64,000 nt of DNA from Azolla caroliniana (lineage: Eukaryota > Plantae > Polypodiophyta). The stretch lies in the NCBI GenBank assembly GCA_043228905.1, contig JBHGNT010000014.1:1054001-1118000 (forward strand), written 5' to 3'. Shown piece after piece: positions 24,361 to 37,690 of this stretch. The first letter of the stretch is position 1; each line of letters starts with the position of its first letter. The notes beneath the pieces are model-generated. The model had not been told where the DNA came from, searched no databases, and worked only from the letters and a program-made list of their open reading frames with translations. Made by a program: the position numbers and the translations under genes.

Positions 24361-27300
24361 ATGATGAATGAGAGTTGGTGATGAGAGTACATGGAGTCAC
24401 CACTTTCAAAATAAAACACGACCACTCGACTACAAACAAAGAAAATAGTATAGATGGATGAAGGAGTAAAACAAACAGAAAAGTCTAAATATTAGGACCT
24501 AGGAATTGGAATGGGATATAGATGTAAGAAGATGTAGGAATTGGAATGGGATATATGCAAGAAGATATAAAGATAACAAGAATGAGGTAATTGTCAACAG
24601 AGCAAACAATGCGATAGGGAGAGTTGAAGAACAAATGAATTCTTTGTGATACAAAAATGCTATCTATAAGCATTGAGACAACTAGAATATGGAATAAGGA
24701 TTCAAACATGATAAACGGGAAGAGATTCTAACACCAATTAACCTCAGAATTGTCAAAAAAACTGAGACTTCTTATTTAACAACTGTCAATCTTGTAGGGC
24801 TTATATGTACCTCGCTACAATTCCGATTAGAGTGAAATAAAGTTCAATAGATTGACTCACAGAGAGGAATCCAAAGACACCTTAAAATACAAGAAACCAA
24901 CTTTATATGCATCCGCTAGAGCCTTCTGAAGTTTTCAATTAATATATGTCGTTCTTTTACATAGCCTACGCAACCACTGCTTCCATAAGCCAAGTGGTCG
25001 CCTGTTTTTTTTCATGGGAGGAGCTTCATATACCTTCCTCTATTATTATCATGGCGTCTCACGTATATTTTGCTTTTTCTTTTTCGTCTTTAGGTATCCC
25101 ATCTTTATCTTCTTTTGTGCCCATCTCATAAAAAACACCAGTCTTAATTACAAATATAGCCTAAGCCATTATGCCAAGTACTTAAACCCAACACCTCCAC
25201 ACCTATTGTGTCATTATTTTAAAAACTAAAAACAATGACACAATATGCACTTAATCTTATCCTCACATGGGCATTGATACTAGCATAAGGTTTACATTTA
25301 CCACCTATTTCATTGTTTTTCCTTTGCATTGGGGCTCACCTTGCAAGGTTTAGAACTCATAACCCTTTATGCTACTTGCTAGCTCTTACCATTTGACATG
25401 TGATTTTTATTGCCTTAATTTTCATTTCACCTCTTTCCTACCTTAATCTCTTCGTCTAGAATCTTTACCTATTGTAAACCTTGGCATTTAGGAGATTTTC
25501 CCCTTTTGCACCCATCACATCATGAAAGATCATTCCGCTATCTAACCTTGTTAAGAATCTCTGAGGTTTGAGGTACAATGTTAACATCAATGAGAAAACC
25601 ATCTATTGATGCGTCAAACTTGATACAAAAGTGAGCAAGTGAGAGAGAGCTCTAAGGAAAATTTAACTTAAGAGAGAATATCTTCAAAAGACTCACAAAT
25701 GTGCATTTGGTATTTCTCTTACATTTTTTTCCATTTGCTAGTGAAACTGCCGACACATTTAAATCAAGCTTTTAGCGTTGATGCCCACCTAGGTTTGGGT
25801 AGGTTACTAATATTTACAAAACATAAGTGAAGGGTATCTTCACTAATTTTGGGAAGGGACTAATGTGATTGGATAAAAGGAATGATAGATGCATGTGCAC
25901 TATCATTATATTGACAACCAATAAATGGAGAGGCTTCTAGAAAAGCACGTCTACTCACGAGACCTAGGAAGAAGTGTAAATATGAGGCCTAACTACCCTC
26001 ATAAAACACATTACATCGAAAGGTTGAAGTGTCACAACACCAATGATGCAACCTAGGCTTTCGTTTCAACGATCATATTACCTATTCTAAGGTGTCATCA
26101 CAATATCCGTTGATATGGGACGTCAATGGTAGGATGGCTACATCTTGATCATAGTTGGATGGGAGGATCGGGTTCGTCTATCCAATCTATTCACTTTCTT
26201 TTACTTTTATTTGATTTATTGATTAGTAATGGACTCTTTTACACAAGGGGCACATGGAATGTGGTGGCCTATTGGTACTTAGCATTATCTAACCTTCAAA
26301 TTAGTCATCATGATGTCAATGAGCTATCTCAAAGCTAATATTCAAAGGTTCCTTGCGGATAAGGTTATAGAACATGAGATATTAATGCAACAAGGCCAAT
26401 AGGTATTAGGAACAAGACCCATTTTATGGTGGTGGAACCATAGACTAGTAATGTAGAATCTATTACAACACTTTCTTATTTGTTGAGTCTAACATTTGCC
26501 ATTGAAATTCTAATGAAAAAACTATTTTAAGTGAGACATTAATGCAAATAAGTTTGAAATGAGTTGTACTCATCGTGACATCTTTAAATAATTAACAAGG
26601 TGAAATAGAAGATATGGCCTAGAGTCATTCATGGTAGGACATTTAATGACATTGCAATTTAAATGTCAATGTCAACGCTGAAATAAATTAAACGACAAAG
26701 AGGGAGAGATTAAAACAAAAGAACCACATGAGGGTTATGACAAGATGAAGCAAGATGACAGATGAGGACACAAACATATATTCAGAAATGAAATGCTTAT
26801 GTGCGATACCTCCAAGGCTAATGCCTAATAGAAACAAAACCTCCCCTAAGAAATGTTTATATGTGAAATCAATAGTTGATGGAAGTCGTGACGTGGATGA
26901 TGGCAAAGGAGGAACACGCTCAATCAAAGGAAAACAAGAATAATGGGAATCACATAGGTATTTAAGCCAAAAGAATATGGAAAATAGAAATTTCCTAAGG
27001 ATTAGTATGTGAAAAGTAAGAAAACTATAAAAAAAAAAGCATGAACCATTGCACAAAAGTATAGAAGAGATTCATGCACAAGAACAAACCAATCATATAG
27101 AAGGTTGAACAATCGTATGAATCTAAAAATTGATCCACCTATCTATATTTTTAGAAAGAAAAAAATCGAAACATTATAGATCCCTATATAACAAGAAAAG
27201 AAGAATAGTGAATTCATTAGCTTTTAGTAAGAAAAGAACTATGCACATAGACTTGAAAAACACACAATATTTATTAAGGTTTTTCATATATAGATCTCAC

Positions 27301-28187
27301 ATAACCAAGGAGTCCCTTTATAATTGAATGATAAGTTGAGAGGGTTTATTCTTTGAAAACCTTTTGTTTTGTTTGAAAACAATACCTAGGTAGAGGGTGT
27401 AATCTCAATTTTCTTAGATATTCTAAAATCGTCTTGATTACATTGCGTCATATTGCAATGATAAGATACATAATGAAATAGAGGAAGGCAAGGAATCACA
27501 TTAGTATGACCGTCCTTGGCTTTTATAGAGTCATTTCTGATGTAAATAGGTTAACCCATTTGGTTTGTCGTCGACAAAACAAAAGGTGAAGTAATCACGT
27601 AATGTGTCTTGTAGAGAGCGGATGCAAACAAAGTCTTGAAACAATTTCCAAAATGCTGGCCTTTTCTCATCCCAAAGGATGGCTACTAAGAAAACATATC
27701 ATGTGCCATGTTCAATAAAATGAGACTTCAGATTGCTAAAGTCACTTACTTTTTGCATGATATTGTGATCATAAAATTCCGATTGTTCAAAAGTATAGAC
27801 TAATAGTTCTCTTTTCTGTTCTTGCAAGTGCACACAACATGTTAAAATTACATGAATCCCATGTTGTGGGTTAGGATAGTACAACACGACGAATGAGGTT
27901 TTAGACATGTTTCCACTACTAATATCCATTGTGCACAATGCGAAGACACTCATGAAACATATACATGTTATGTACAATGCCAAGTAAGCTGATAAGTTAC
28001 ATGCCCTCATAGAGGGCGAATTTTTGTTCTAAATCTTGCAGATTTCGCATTTACATGCCTTTGATTTAGTTCATTTCAACCTTGCATGTTTTCCGTTTGT
28101 GCATCTTCGGTTAACATCAAAACCTAGTTGCATGTATTTTTCTTTGCCAGATTCGCTTCTCTTTTACAGGCTATCACATTTATTGAA

Positions 28188-28206
28188 ATACATACATGCA
28201 TATACA

Positions 28207-28257
<51 letters not shown>
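28188..28257. repeat. (TACA)n(TA)n microsatellite upstream of the host-like gene
   Basis: Direct reading. Confidence 0.9.
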
Positions 28258-28258
<1 letters not shown>

Positions 28259-28691
28259 CGATTTACTTGATTTCAATCTTGGAACTTTTTTCGTTTATGT
28301 ATTGTTCACCCAACAATGTCAAGCCAAATTGCATGTCATATTTCATTCTTCGCAAGCATCAATACTTCCCCTTTCATGTCACGTCATATCACATCGATAC
28401 CCGACAACCTTCTCCACAGACAACATCATCGTGCATCCTCGCATTGGGTGTCAGACCCTCGACACAAGCAAAAAGCAAAAAGCAAAAAGCAAAAACAAAA
28501 CGCAAAAGTCAAAAGCAAAAAGCAACAAATCTTGTTCCATGTCTTGGGAGCATTGGGGAAAACAATAAGAAGCAGGGCAAATTCTGTTCATTTCATTTCT
28601 CCATGGCTGGGAAAACACAGAAAATTCCCCTGCTTCAATCCGAGAAACCCTAATCCCAAAACCTTTGATCCAGAAAACCCTGACTCCTCAA

Positions 28692-29669
28692 ATGCAGAGA
28701 TCCATGCCCCCAAAACTTTCCTTCTTTTCCACCCATTCAGACGCCAGGCTGAAGAGGGTCACCTGTGAAACCCTAAATTCAGTGGACTGGTATAGCAGAA
28801 GAACCTACAATGGAGCAGAGAGCTATCGCTATTACAGTAGTGATGAAGAGGTGGATCAATGGCAAGGAGCACCTCCAACAGAAGAAGAAAGGGAAGAAGA
28901 AGAAGACGAAGGAGGCCAAGCTACTTATGACTCTGATTCTGAGAGTGGTCAAGGTCAAGGTCAAGGCCAGAGTTTTCTCCAAGGTCAAGGACAACGCCAT
29001 GGTCAAGGACAATGTCAAGGTCAAGGTCAATGGTATGCCAATTATCATAGTTTTTGTAGAAATAGTTATTGTCACACTTACCGTCAATGGCGAGGTCAAG
29101 GTCAAGGTCAAGGTCAAGGTCAATATCGTGGTCAAGGCTATGGGCATGTCCACCACCTTGTTCGAGCCAAGATAAGAGGAGAGGACAAAAGGGAGATGAA
29201 CACTAGGCCATGGCTTCATGATGATAATGGCAATGATAGTGCTATGTCTCTCCCCTGGCACCATCACATCAGCAAGCGAATGCCTATTATGTCAAGCCGA
29301 GGTCACAAACTAGAGATGAGTTGCGCCAGGAAAGAGATGCTCGCCCGCCCGATAACTTTGTTAACACATTTTGCACCTAACACCACACAAATTAGTGGGC
29401 ATTCCTCGTCCTATGGTAGCACCCTCGTGATGCCCCCGTTTGTCACTAGAGCAACAAATGTGATGATGTCACCCCGTCGGCATCGATATGATGCCATGAT
29501 CTTTCGTGATCAGATCAAACATGGTAGATTCATGCCTGCCTCTAGCTATGATGAGCCGTGTTCGCCTCAAGTGACATGTTTTGGGAAGGTTAAAGTCAAG
29601 GAGAGATATCATAAAAAACTCGGAAAAATTGCTTGTGTTACAAGAGGCCAATTTTTTGCCCTTCCTTGA
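28692..29669 (+). CDS. Probable host gene: single-exon uncharacterised protein with an acidic tract, GQ repeats and a C-terminal EPxSPxVTCxGxV motif
   Basis: About 325 open codons in AT-rich non-TE DNA; EPCSPQVTCFGKVKVK resembles the plant EP(T/S)SPKV(T/S)CxGQV motif; first ATG at 28692. Confidence 0.65.
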   Translation: MQRSMPPKLSFFSTHSDARLKRVTCETLNSVDWYSRRTYNGAESYRYYSSDEEVDQWQGAPPTEEEREEEEDEGGQATYDSDSESGQGQGQGQSFLQGQGQRHGQGQCQGQGQWYANYHSFCRNSYCHTYRQWRGQGQGQGQGQYRGQGYGHVHHLVRAKIRGEDKREMNTRPWLHDDNGNDSAMSLPWHHHISKRMPIMSSRGHKLEMSCARKEMLARPITLLTHFAPNTTQISGHSSSYGSTLVMPPFVTRATNVMMSPRRHRYDAMIFRDQIKHGRFMPASSYDEPCSPQVTCFGKVKVKERYHKKLGKIACVTRGQFFALP

Positions 29670-30861
29670 AGGTTCTCTTGTCCTATCTTGCAAGAGTGGC
29701 ACTATTATAGCTCATCTCTGATCTCATCTTATCTTATTGCTCGAAGTATGAGAGACAATACAATAGTTAACTCTCTTAACTCGACAAATTGTGTATCATA
29801 TCGAATAAAATTAGATCGTGTTGTGCATAGGCTATATATTTTGCTGGTATGTACAAAAGTTAGTAGATGAAAGTGTATTTACTCCATAAAGTCCAACGTT
29901 TTGAGCTCAATGTTGGAAGAAGTAGCCATTACCAAATTAAGTGAGAGAAAAAAACTATATAATGGATCACATTAACTTGTGCAAAAGTGTCATCATGTAA
30001 GTGAATTATGGGGATTTAAGGACAAATTGATCTTCTACTTAACAATATATAAGAGTTTTGAATTGCCTATGTCTAACCACAGACATACAAGTCATATAAG
30101 ATCACATTACTGCTAAAGTTAGCAAAGATTACTCTTAAACATGTATAATTAGTAGATTTATATTCCATGTTAGATTGTGTTTAGTGACGGAGAAGTCTAG
30201 AGTCACATGTAACATGTGAATTCAACATCATGCATACTAGATTTAAATGAAAACAATGAGATTAATGTTTATTGAAGTTAATAGTCTCCACATATTAAAA
30301 GCATAATTGATAAATGTGAAGTACAAGCAATATTATTGGTTGGTTATGACATAAATGGTTCACTTTTGATCATCTCCTCCTTTTTGTCTATTTATTTCTC
30401 AAGGTGGCCAAGAGATCACTTTGTTCAACCATCATTAATTACGTTGGACAACTAGACATCATCAACATACATTTGTATGGGCAAATGCGCGATAAGTGGA
30501 TTGAATATTTGTGTCTCAAACATTGGTGATAAATTGGGATTTTCTTAATTTAGAAAAAATGCCCTCATACTCATCTTGAATATAATAGAGAAGGAACATG
30601 CTAACAATATTGTGCCTTTCAATTGCAATGCATACAAAGCTTTTACCTAGGGTGTGCGACTACCCAATATTCTCAACATGTAAGTTTTACTACCACAAGG
30701 AAATTGTGGCAACTTGGATATTGGTATGGGTCATAGTTTTGTCAACCAATTCTAAAGGCTAATGTTAATGGTTTTAAGGGTGTGAAATTGGTTATCATAG
30801 GTTTTTGTTGACCTCTCGGCCGGTACAAGGAGTGCGGAACAGTGAAAACATTAGTGGGTTG

Positions 30862-33800
30862 TGTTGAAGACAAAGGCCGTCAATGCGGAAGATCGAGAAG
30901 CATTCGATTGGGGTTGAGTACCTGCGTATGACAGTTTTCAAGATTTTGCACAGAGATAGAGAGAGAGAGAGAGAGGAGGCACAAAAGACTCTTTCTATTT
31001 CATAGAAACAATAATACAACCAACCTTACAAAAAGGTTACTAGGTCACTTTATATAGTGACAAACTTAGGGCAACTACCATTTATGCTAATTACACAAAT
31101 GGCCCAGACTTGAGCTATACAAAGGGATAGTGTGAATACGTCCATTATACACTTGTATTCGACACTCCCCCGTAATGGGCGTATACATGAGTTATCTAAG
31201 ATTACAGGTATAAACCTAGGTTCTCGGACATATCAGTTTTGTTCGAGTCGGCAGGGTCCGAAGGCAGAAGACCGGACTGGTCGGGTCGGAAGAGTTGAAG
31301 CCGATCATTAAGGAACTGATGTCGGTTGTCTGAAACCATCCTGCGCTGTGTCCGGCTCTAACCGAACTGGTTTGTCGTTACGCCCATCTGATGCCGAAGG
31401 GACCGAAAGCGGTCTGCCGAAAGACACTTGGTCATTCCATCTGCGACATTGTCGGTTGTGGATATTTTCTCTAGACTGATTTTCCCTGAAATGACGCAGT
31501 CCCGAACGAAGTGATATCGAACGTCGATATGTTTGGAGGCGTTGTGGTGAACCGGATTTTTCGACAAGGCAACAACACCTTGACTGTCGCTATAGACAAC
31601 TGGGGCCGAGTCGTGGTCGACTTGTCGAAACGTGTGCGCCAGCCGGCCGAGCCACAAAGCTTCTTTTGCAGCGTCGGACGCAGCTACATATTCTGCTTCG
31701 GTCGTTGAGGTCGCTGTGCACTCCTGAAGTTTCGACTTCCACGAAATTGCTCCATTGCCGAATTTGAAGCAGTATCCAGTTGTTGATTTCCGACTGTTTA
31801 TACAGCCGGCGAAGTCCGAGTCGGTGTAACCGACTACGCCTGAGGTTGAGTTCGGACCGAAAAGAATGCCGTGGTCTTTTGTGCCAGCCAGATATTTGAA
31901 CACATGCTTGACTGCGTTCCAATGCGATCGGCCAGGATTGTGCATAAATCTGCTAACGACTCCTACGGCATGAGAAATATCAGGCCGTGTCGCGACCATC
32001 AGGTACATAAGGGAGCCGACTGCCGGTGCATACGGTACCGACTTCATATCTTCCCCCTCCGGACCGGATGTCGGGCAGTCTCGCTGAGAGAGCCGAAGAT
32101 TCATGGGGAGCGGGGTTGAAGCAGATTTGGCTGATTGCATGTTGAAGCGTTCCAAGACATGTCCGATATAGTCGGTCTGAGACAGAAAAAGATGTCGTTT
32201 ATCGCGATGCCGACTAATCTTCATGCCAAGTATGTGTCGTGCCGGACCGAGGTCCTTCATGGCAAACTTCAACCGCAGTTGCCGAATGAGATCGGCAAGT
32301 TCGCCCGCGTGGCGTCCAGAAATCAGCATGTCGTCCACGTAAATGATGAGGAAGATGGGTGATCCATCTTGAGCTGTGTTGGTAAAAAGACAATGGTCCT
32401 CATCGCTTTTGGAGAAGCCGATCGATTGGATGAAGTCGTCGAACTTCTTGTACCATTGTCGCGGTGCCTGTTTGAGGCCGTATAGACTCTTCCTGAGTCG
32501 GCAGACTAGATGTTCTTGGCCAGTTGCCACGAAGCCTTTTGGCTGCTCCATATAGATTTCCTCTTCAAGATCACCATGGAGGAAGGCTGTTTTGACATCT
32601 AGCTGAATCAGCTCCAAGTTGTCGGCTGCCACTATGCCGAGTAGAAAACGAAGGGTTGTCATTTTCACCACTGGTGAAAAAATCTCGTCGAAGTCGACGC
32701 CATATTCTTGTCGGAAGCCCTTCGCAACTAATCTGGCCTTGTACTTTGGGGTGGTCGAATCAGACGTCTCTTTCAGTCGATAAACCCACTTGCAAGGAAG
32801 AGCACGTCGATTCTTAGGTAATTCGACCAGATCCCAAGTCTTGTTTGCCCGAATGGAGTGCATTTCCGACTCCATCGCCAGATGCCAGGTGGCTGAATCG
32901 ACAGATGTCGATGCTTCTTCGTAAGACGTCGGTTCGCCGGCGTCGGTGAAGAAAATTCCAGGAGAATACCTCTCCGGAGGTTGCGACAGTCTCTCGGATC
33001 GTCGAGGTATGATCGGACTGGTCGTATCGGGTATCGAGGTCGGATGGTCCGAAAGCGAATTATTCTGCTGTGCCGAGTCAGAGTTGTCCGAGTCGGTAGT
33101 GTAAGGTTCAGCTACCCGTGAAGCTGACCGTGTGTTAGGAGCGGGGCCTTCTTGAAGGGTCGGCACATCGGAAAATGTTACCCTTCGGACTTCGATCGGT
33201 GTTTTGACTGATGGATTCATAGCCGACTCGTTGAACACAACGTCCGAACTTCGAACGATTTGTCTGCGTTCGGGGTCCCAGAGTCGGTATCCCATTTCGC
33301 CGTCTGATCCATATCCAAGGAAAATGCATTTCCTGGATCGAGGTGCAAGTTTTCGGCGATCATCTTTCGGAATAAGGGCGTACGCCTCGCATCCGAAGAT
33401 CCTCAGCTTGTCATAATTCGGCTTACTGCCGATCCATAGTTCCTGAGGAATTTGAAGTCCTAGAGGTCTGCTTGGCGACATATTGATTATGTGTACTGCC
33501 GTGAGTAGAGCCTCTGCCCAGAAGCCATCCGACAGTCCGGAGTGTTGGAGCATGGAAACTATCCGTTCTTGGATTGTCCGATTCATGCGTTCTGCAATCC
33601 CGTTTTGCTCCGGACTGTGTGGTGCCATAAATTCACGTCGGATGCCGCGTTGTCGGCAGAATTTGACGAATTCTTCTGATTTGAACTCTCCCCCATTGTC
33701 TGTCCGAAAGCATTTCAGTTTTCGGTCAGTTTGATTTTCGACCATCGCGAGCCAATCGGAGAAGATCGAGAAGACACGATCTTTGGTGCGAATTGGATAA

Positions 33801-36233
33801 GCCCACACCTTTCGAGTCGAATCGTCAATAAAACTGACGAAGTAAGAGGCACCGCCGAGAGACTGATGCGGCATTGGGCCACAGACGTCCGAGTGGACTA
33901 AATCGAGAGGCCTCGTTTCTCTTGGTGCTGATGTCGGGTGTGATGCGGCTGCTTGTTTGCCATACTGGCAATGTTCGCAGAATTGATGGTCCGAGAAGGA
34001 GAGTTTAGGGATGTATCCGGCTCTAGATAGGTGCGTAATGCCGGCCTTGCTGAGGTGTCCTAATCTTCTGTGCCATAGTGATGACACAGGAATATCCACC
34101 AAAAACAGGTTACCCTCTCTGAGCGTAACATGTAACGGATACAGTGAGTGTATCTTGGGTCCTCTAGCAAGCAGGAGGTTCCCCCTGTGGAGTGTCCACC
34201 CTCCCGAAGAAAAACCGGCACGAATGCCGTCTTCATCTAGTTGTCCGACTGAGATCAATGGCCTTGAGAGCTCGGGTACATGTCGGACATTGTGAAGTAC
34301 AAGTGTAGAGCCACCTGCAAGGTTGAGCTCTACTGTGCCGATTCCAATGATGTCACAGTGTTGCGAGTTGCCGACTCGAACTGAGTCGGAGTGACGGATC
34401 GTATATTGCCGAAATTGGGATCGATGAGGAGTCACGTGAAATGACGCGCCCGAATCTAAGAGCCATGTGCTCGATTCTTCAGTCGTGAGCAGAACTTCTG
34501 ATCCGACTGGATTTTCGATTGATAGTATATTCGGGTTGTTTGGTAGCACATCAGCTGAGAAGTTGACGTAATTGATCTCCTCATACCGGCCACTCTTCTT
34601 GTCTGATTTCTGAGACTTGTCGTTCTTGTTCTTGAGTGCGCGGCAGTCGGCTTTGATGTGTCCGGGTTTCTTGCAATAGTTGCAGATTCGATTGTCCCGT
34701 GACTGGCTCCGTCTTCTCTGATTGTTCGGCTGCCGTGAGGAATCTCTTCCTCGTATGTTCGATCGTTCTGTCGAACCTTGTACTACATAAGCGTCGTCTG
34801 TTGAGTCTTTGGCGAAAGACTTTCTCCGAGCTGCTTCGGTCAGGATTGCGCTCGTGACTTCGGAGTATTTAACAGCCGTGGTTGACGCGTTGCACACGGT
34901 TGTGACGAAAGTTTCCCATGATGAGGGAAGGCTGCTCATGAGTATCATTGCTCTGAGTTCATCCTCGATTGCCGTCCCCTGGGATGAGATTTGGGAGCTT
35001 ATGCTTTCGTACTCATTGAGATGTGCTTGAACCGAATCCGATTCTTTCATCCGCAAGTTGTAGAGGCGCCGGATCAGAAACATCTTCGTTGCAGCGACCT
35101 TCTTTTCGTAGGTGTCCGACAGTGTTTTCCACAGTTCGAATGCTGTCGTACACGATTGCACCGTAAAGTATACCGATTCCGATAGGTGCATCCGAATCGT
35201 GGCGCGGACGATTCTGTCCAGCTTCTGCCACTCAATTGGTTTGTATCCTTCTGGAGGTTCTTCATTTTCGATGGGATCAATTTGCCCCTTGACTATGAGG
35301 TAGTCCTGCATTTGCTCCTTCCAGAAGTTGAAGTTCGATCCATCGAACTTTCGTAGACTCATTTCTGACGAGCCGGATGTTGATGTCATGACTCTGCCCT
35401 AAGTCGGCTACGAACTTTGGTGAAGTGCAGCGGTTTGGCCCACTCAGTGTCGTTCTAGCCGAAGTTGGACACAAGTGATGTTGATTACGGAGAGTCGGGG
35501 ATTTGGTTCGGATTGACTACCGACAACTGTCTTAGTCGAGTTGAACCTAGATTTAACGATCCGACAGTACTTCAAGCCGATTCGGTTTCGGTTGACTGCA
35601 ACAGTGAGAGCAATGGAACCGACTGGTCCTTCCGATTATTGTCCAATCGAATGAAACACGAACTGGGGTTGTCCTTGAAGTCGTCGTTGTGCAGGAAGCC
35701 CACCTCAAGCAGTTACGATCAAGGAAGTAGAGTACAGCCGACTGGTTTACTCCGAGTGATGATCTAACGCAGCGAGATTCAAGCTTGTGTTTGCCTACTT
35801 TCTTCTCTGTTTCTTCGAATGACGCAGGAAACCGAATGCTTTGTAGACTAGGATGAAGCGAAAAACCGAATACTGTGCAGGCTGTGATGACGGCCGACAG
35901 CGGGTTGAGGAACCTTGCTCTGATACCAAATGTTGAAGACAAAGGCCGTCAATGCGGAAGATCGAGAAGCATTCGATTGGGGTTGAGTACCTGCGTATGA
36001 CAGTTTTCAAGATTTTGCACAGAGATAGAGAGAGAGAGAGAGAGGAGGCACAAAAGACTCTTTCTATTTCATAGAAACAATAATACAACCAACCTTACAA
36101 AAAGGTTACTAGGTCACTTTATATAGTGACAAACTTAGGGCAACTACCATTTATGCTAATTACACAAATGGCCCAGACTTGAGCTATACAAAGGGATAGT
36201 GTGAATACGTCCATTATACACTTGTATTCGACA
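30862..36233 (-). mobile_element. Intact Ty1/Copia element I
   Basis: 303-bp LTRs 30862-31164 and 35931-36233, identical by eye; TSD GGTTG; PBS TGGTATCAGAGC (tRNA-iMet) ending at 35928; PPT GGGGAG. Confidence 0.97.
31358..35389 (-). CDS. Copia Gag-Pol polyprotein, 1343 aa, uninterrupted
   Basis: CNYCKKPGHIKADC; WLLDSGAS; HSDVCGP, RTDNGGEF, NGIAERMN; LDVKTAFLHG, YVDD; ADGMTK. Confidence 0.97.
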   Translation of the reverse strand: MTSTSGSSEMSLRKFDGSNFNFWKEQMQDYLIVKGQIDPIENEEPPEGYKPIEWQKLDRIVRATIRMHLSESVYFTVQSCTTAFELWKTLSDTYEKKVAATKMFLIRRLYNLRMKESDSVQAHLNEYESISSQISSQGTAIEDELRAMILMSSLPSSWETFVTTVCNASTTAVKYSEVTSAILTEAARRKSFAKDSTDDAYVVQGSTERSNIRGRDSSRQPNNQRRRSQSRDNRICNYCKKPGHIKADCRALKNKNDKSQKSDKKSGRYEEINYVNFSADVLPNNPNILSIENPVGSEVLLTTEESSTWLLDSGASFHVTPHRSQFRQYTIRHSDSVRVGNSQHCDIIGIGTVELNLAGGSTLVLHNVRHVPELSRPLISVGQLDEDGIRAGFSSGGWTLHRGNLLLARGPKIHSLYPLHVTLREGNLFLVDIPVSSLWHRRLGHLSKAGITHLSRAGYIPKLSFSDHQFCEHCQYGKQAAASHPTSAPRETRPLDLVHSDVCGPMPHQSLGGASYFVSFIDDSTRKVWAYPIRTKDRVFSIFSDWLAMVENQTDRKLKCFRTDNGGEFKSEEFVKFCRQRGIRREFMAPHSPEQNGIAERMNRTIQERIVSMLQHSGLSDGFWAEALLTAVHIINMSPSRPLGLQIPQELWIGSKPNYDKLRIFGCEAYALIPKDDRRKLAPRSRKCIFLGYGSDGEMGYRLWDPERRQIVRSSDVVFNESAMNPSVKTPIEVRRVTFSDVPTLQEGPAPNTRSASRVAEPYTTDSDNSDSAQQNNSLSDHPTSIPDTTSPIIPRRSERLSQPPERYSPGIFFTDAGEPTSYEEASTSVDSATWHLAMESEMHSIRANKTWDLVELPKNRRALPCKWVYRLKETSDSTTPKYKARLVAKGFRQEYGVDFDEIFSPVVKMTTLRFLLGIVAADNLELIQLDVKTAFLHGDLEEEIYMEQPKGFVATGQEHLVCRLRKSLYGLKQAPRQWYKKFDDFIQSIGFSKSDEDHCLFTNTAQDGSPIFLIIYVDDMLISGRHAGELADLIRQLRLKFAMKDLGPARHILGMKISRHRDKRHLFLSQTDYIGHVLERFNMQSAKSASTPLPMNLRLSQRDCPTSGPEGEDMKSVPYAPAVGSLMYLMVATRPDISHAVGVVSRFMHNPGRSHWNAVKHVFKYLAGTKDHGILFGPNSTSGVVGYTDSDFAGCINSRKSTTGYCFKFGNGAISWKSKLQECTATSTTEAEYVAASDAAKEALWLGRLAHTFRQVDHDSAPVVYSDSQGVVALSKNPVHHNASKHIDVRYHFVRDCVISGKISLEKISTTDNVADGMTKCLSADRFRSLRHQMGVTTNQFG

Positions 36234-36443
36234 GGTTGTAGATAGACCAAGCGGGGAAAGGAGTGGCTATGGAGGGGAGAGGGAGACGAAACCACCAAGA
36301 ACGATTTGGGCACACCCGAATCGTAGACATAACTTGGTGTAAGCGAGGATTAGAAGAGATAGGGGGAGGGGAGAGGGAGATGAGGAATCAAACACTAATA
36401 ATAAACTCTACATAAGATTAAGGATTAAAACATACCCATAAGC

Positions 36444-36480
<37 letters not shown>

Positions 36481-37690
36481 AAAGCAAAACTAATATTCAT
36501 TAAGAGAGGGTTTACAATGAGATAGGGGAAATGAGAATGGCCACGAGCAAACTAGTTTCGCTCCCTACGGGGCTCATTAGTGCTAAAATGATTATTAGGG
36601 GTGGATAGGTTTATATAAGGAGTTTTAGGAGAGGCTTTAGAGAAATGACAATAGGGAGTGGGGGTGTGTGCTTATGGATATGATTGAAAAGGGGAAGATT
36701 TGGAGAAGAAGGGGGTGGATTTTATGGGCTTTAATGTGATCAGAGGGAGGATGTGCAACAAACCCATAAGATTGTAAGGCACATGGGAACACATAGTGGG
36801 TTATATAGATAGGTAAATAGATAGATGTTTTTAGTGTCCATAGAGAAGCCAATATTGACCCATGGGACCTAAGCACAAACGTTATCTTGATGTGTGTATC
36901 CTTCATAAAAAGGGACATTCATACTTTGAAGCACCAAGTCTCAATGTGTGAATAAAGCATACCCAAATGAGTTCAACCTTCTAGGTGTTCTCTTTAGTGT
37001 GGCACTCAAGTCATCACCCTCGCTTAATATATCATCATAGCTTTCACAAATTGCACTATATGTAGAGCATGTAAAAAGCAAGTGATACTCATGGTCTACT
37101 AACCCTTCCTTGCATACCTAACACGCCTTTATGTTTGGCTGACTTTGATTCCATAATGCCACTTCAATACTAGGTCGAGAGCCTTAGGATGGAACTAGCT
37201 ACTATCATCAACATGGGACTCTCAATAAAATTATTGAGACTCTCAATGGGGCAAAAATGTTAAGGTCATGGGCATTTGAGCTAATTTTAGTGGTTTCCAA
37301 GGTACGACAAAAGGGAGATTGGTTATGATAGGACAAGTCACACATGACAATCTGAGAGCGTAAGGAGTTCAACTATAAAATAAGATTGGCTACACCCTGG
37401 ACATGACATCTTGGAGACATTGTGGATACTTTTTATGTGAGGCAAAGCTTTTGTGCTTTCACTTGTATAATTTAAGGCTATATTCGGTGGTATGGGATGC
37501 CAATGGGTTTTATACTTATATCTTTTTCTTTGCTCAAAAGTGGTGGTTATGGCTAAGCGCAATCCATTTTTCATTAATTTCTTATCATTAAATATAATGT
37601 CATAATATTTGATATTAGAGAAAAGGACACAAAACGAAAAGAGCATCCCATTAAGTTCGTCCTATATCACTAAATATAGCCATATATATT

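Larger units (their letters stand above)
30806..36905. mobile_element. Putative older solo LTR (about 730 bp net) interrupted by Copia I
   Basis: TGTTGACC start, ATCCTTCA end, GA tract and LTR-like composition; no matching TSD found. Confidence 0.35.

Noticed and set aside
25500-27800. Possible degraded coding or TE sequence
   Set aside because: No motif, terminal repeat or sustained frame could be supported by eye.
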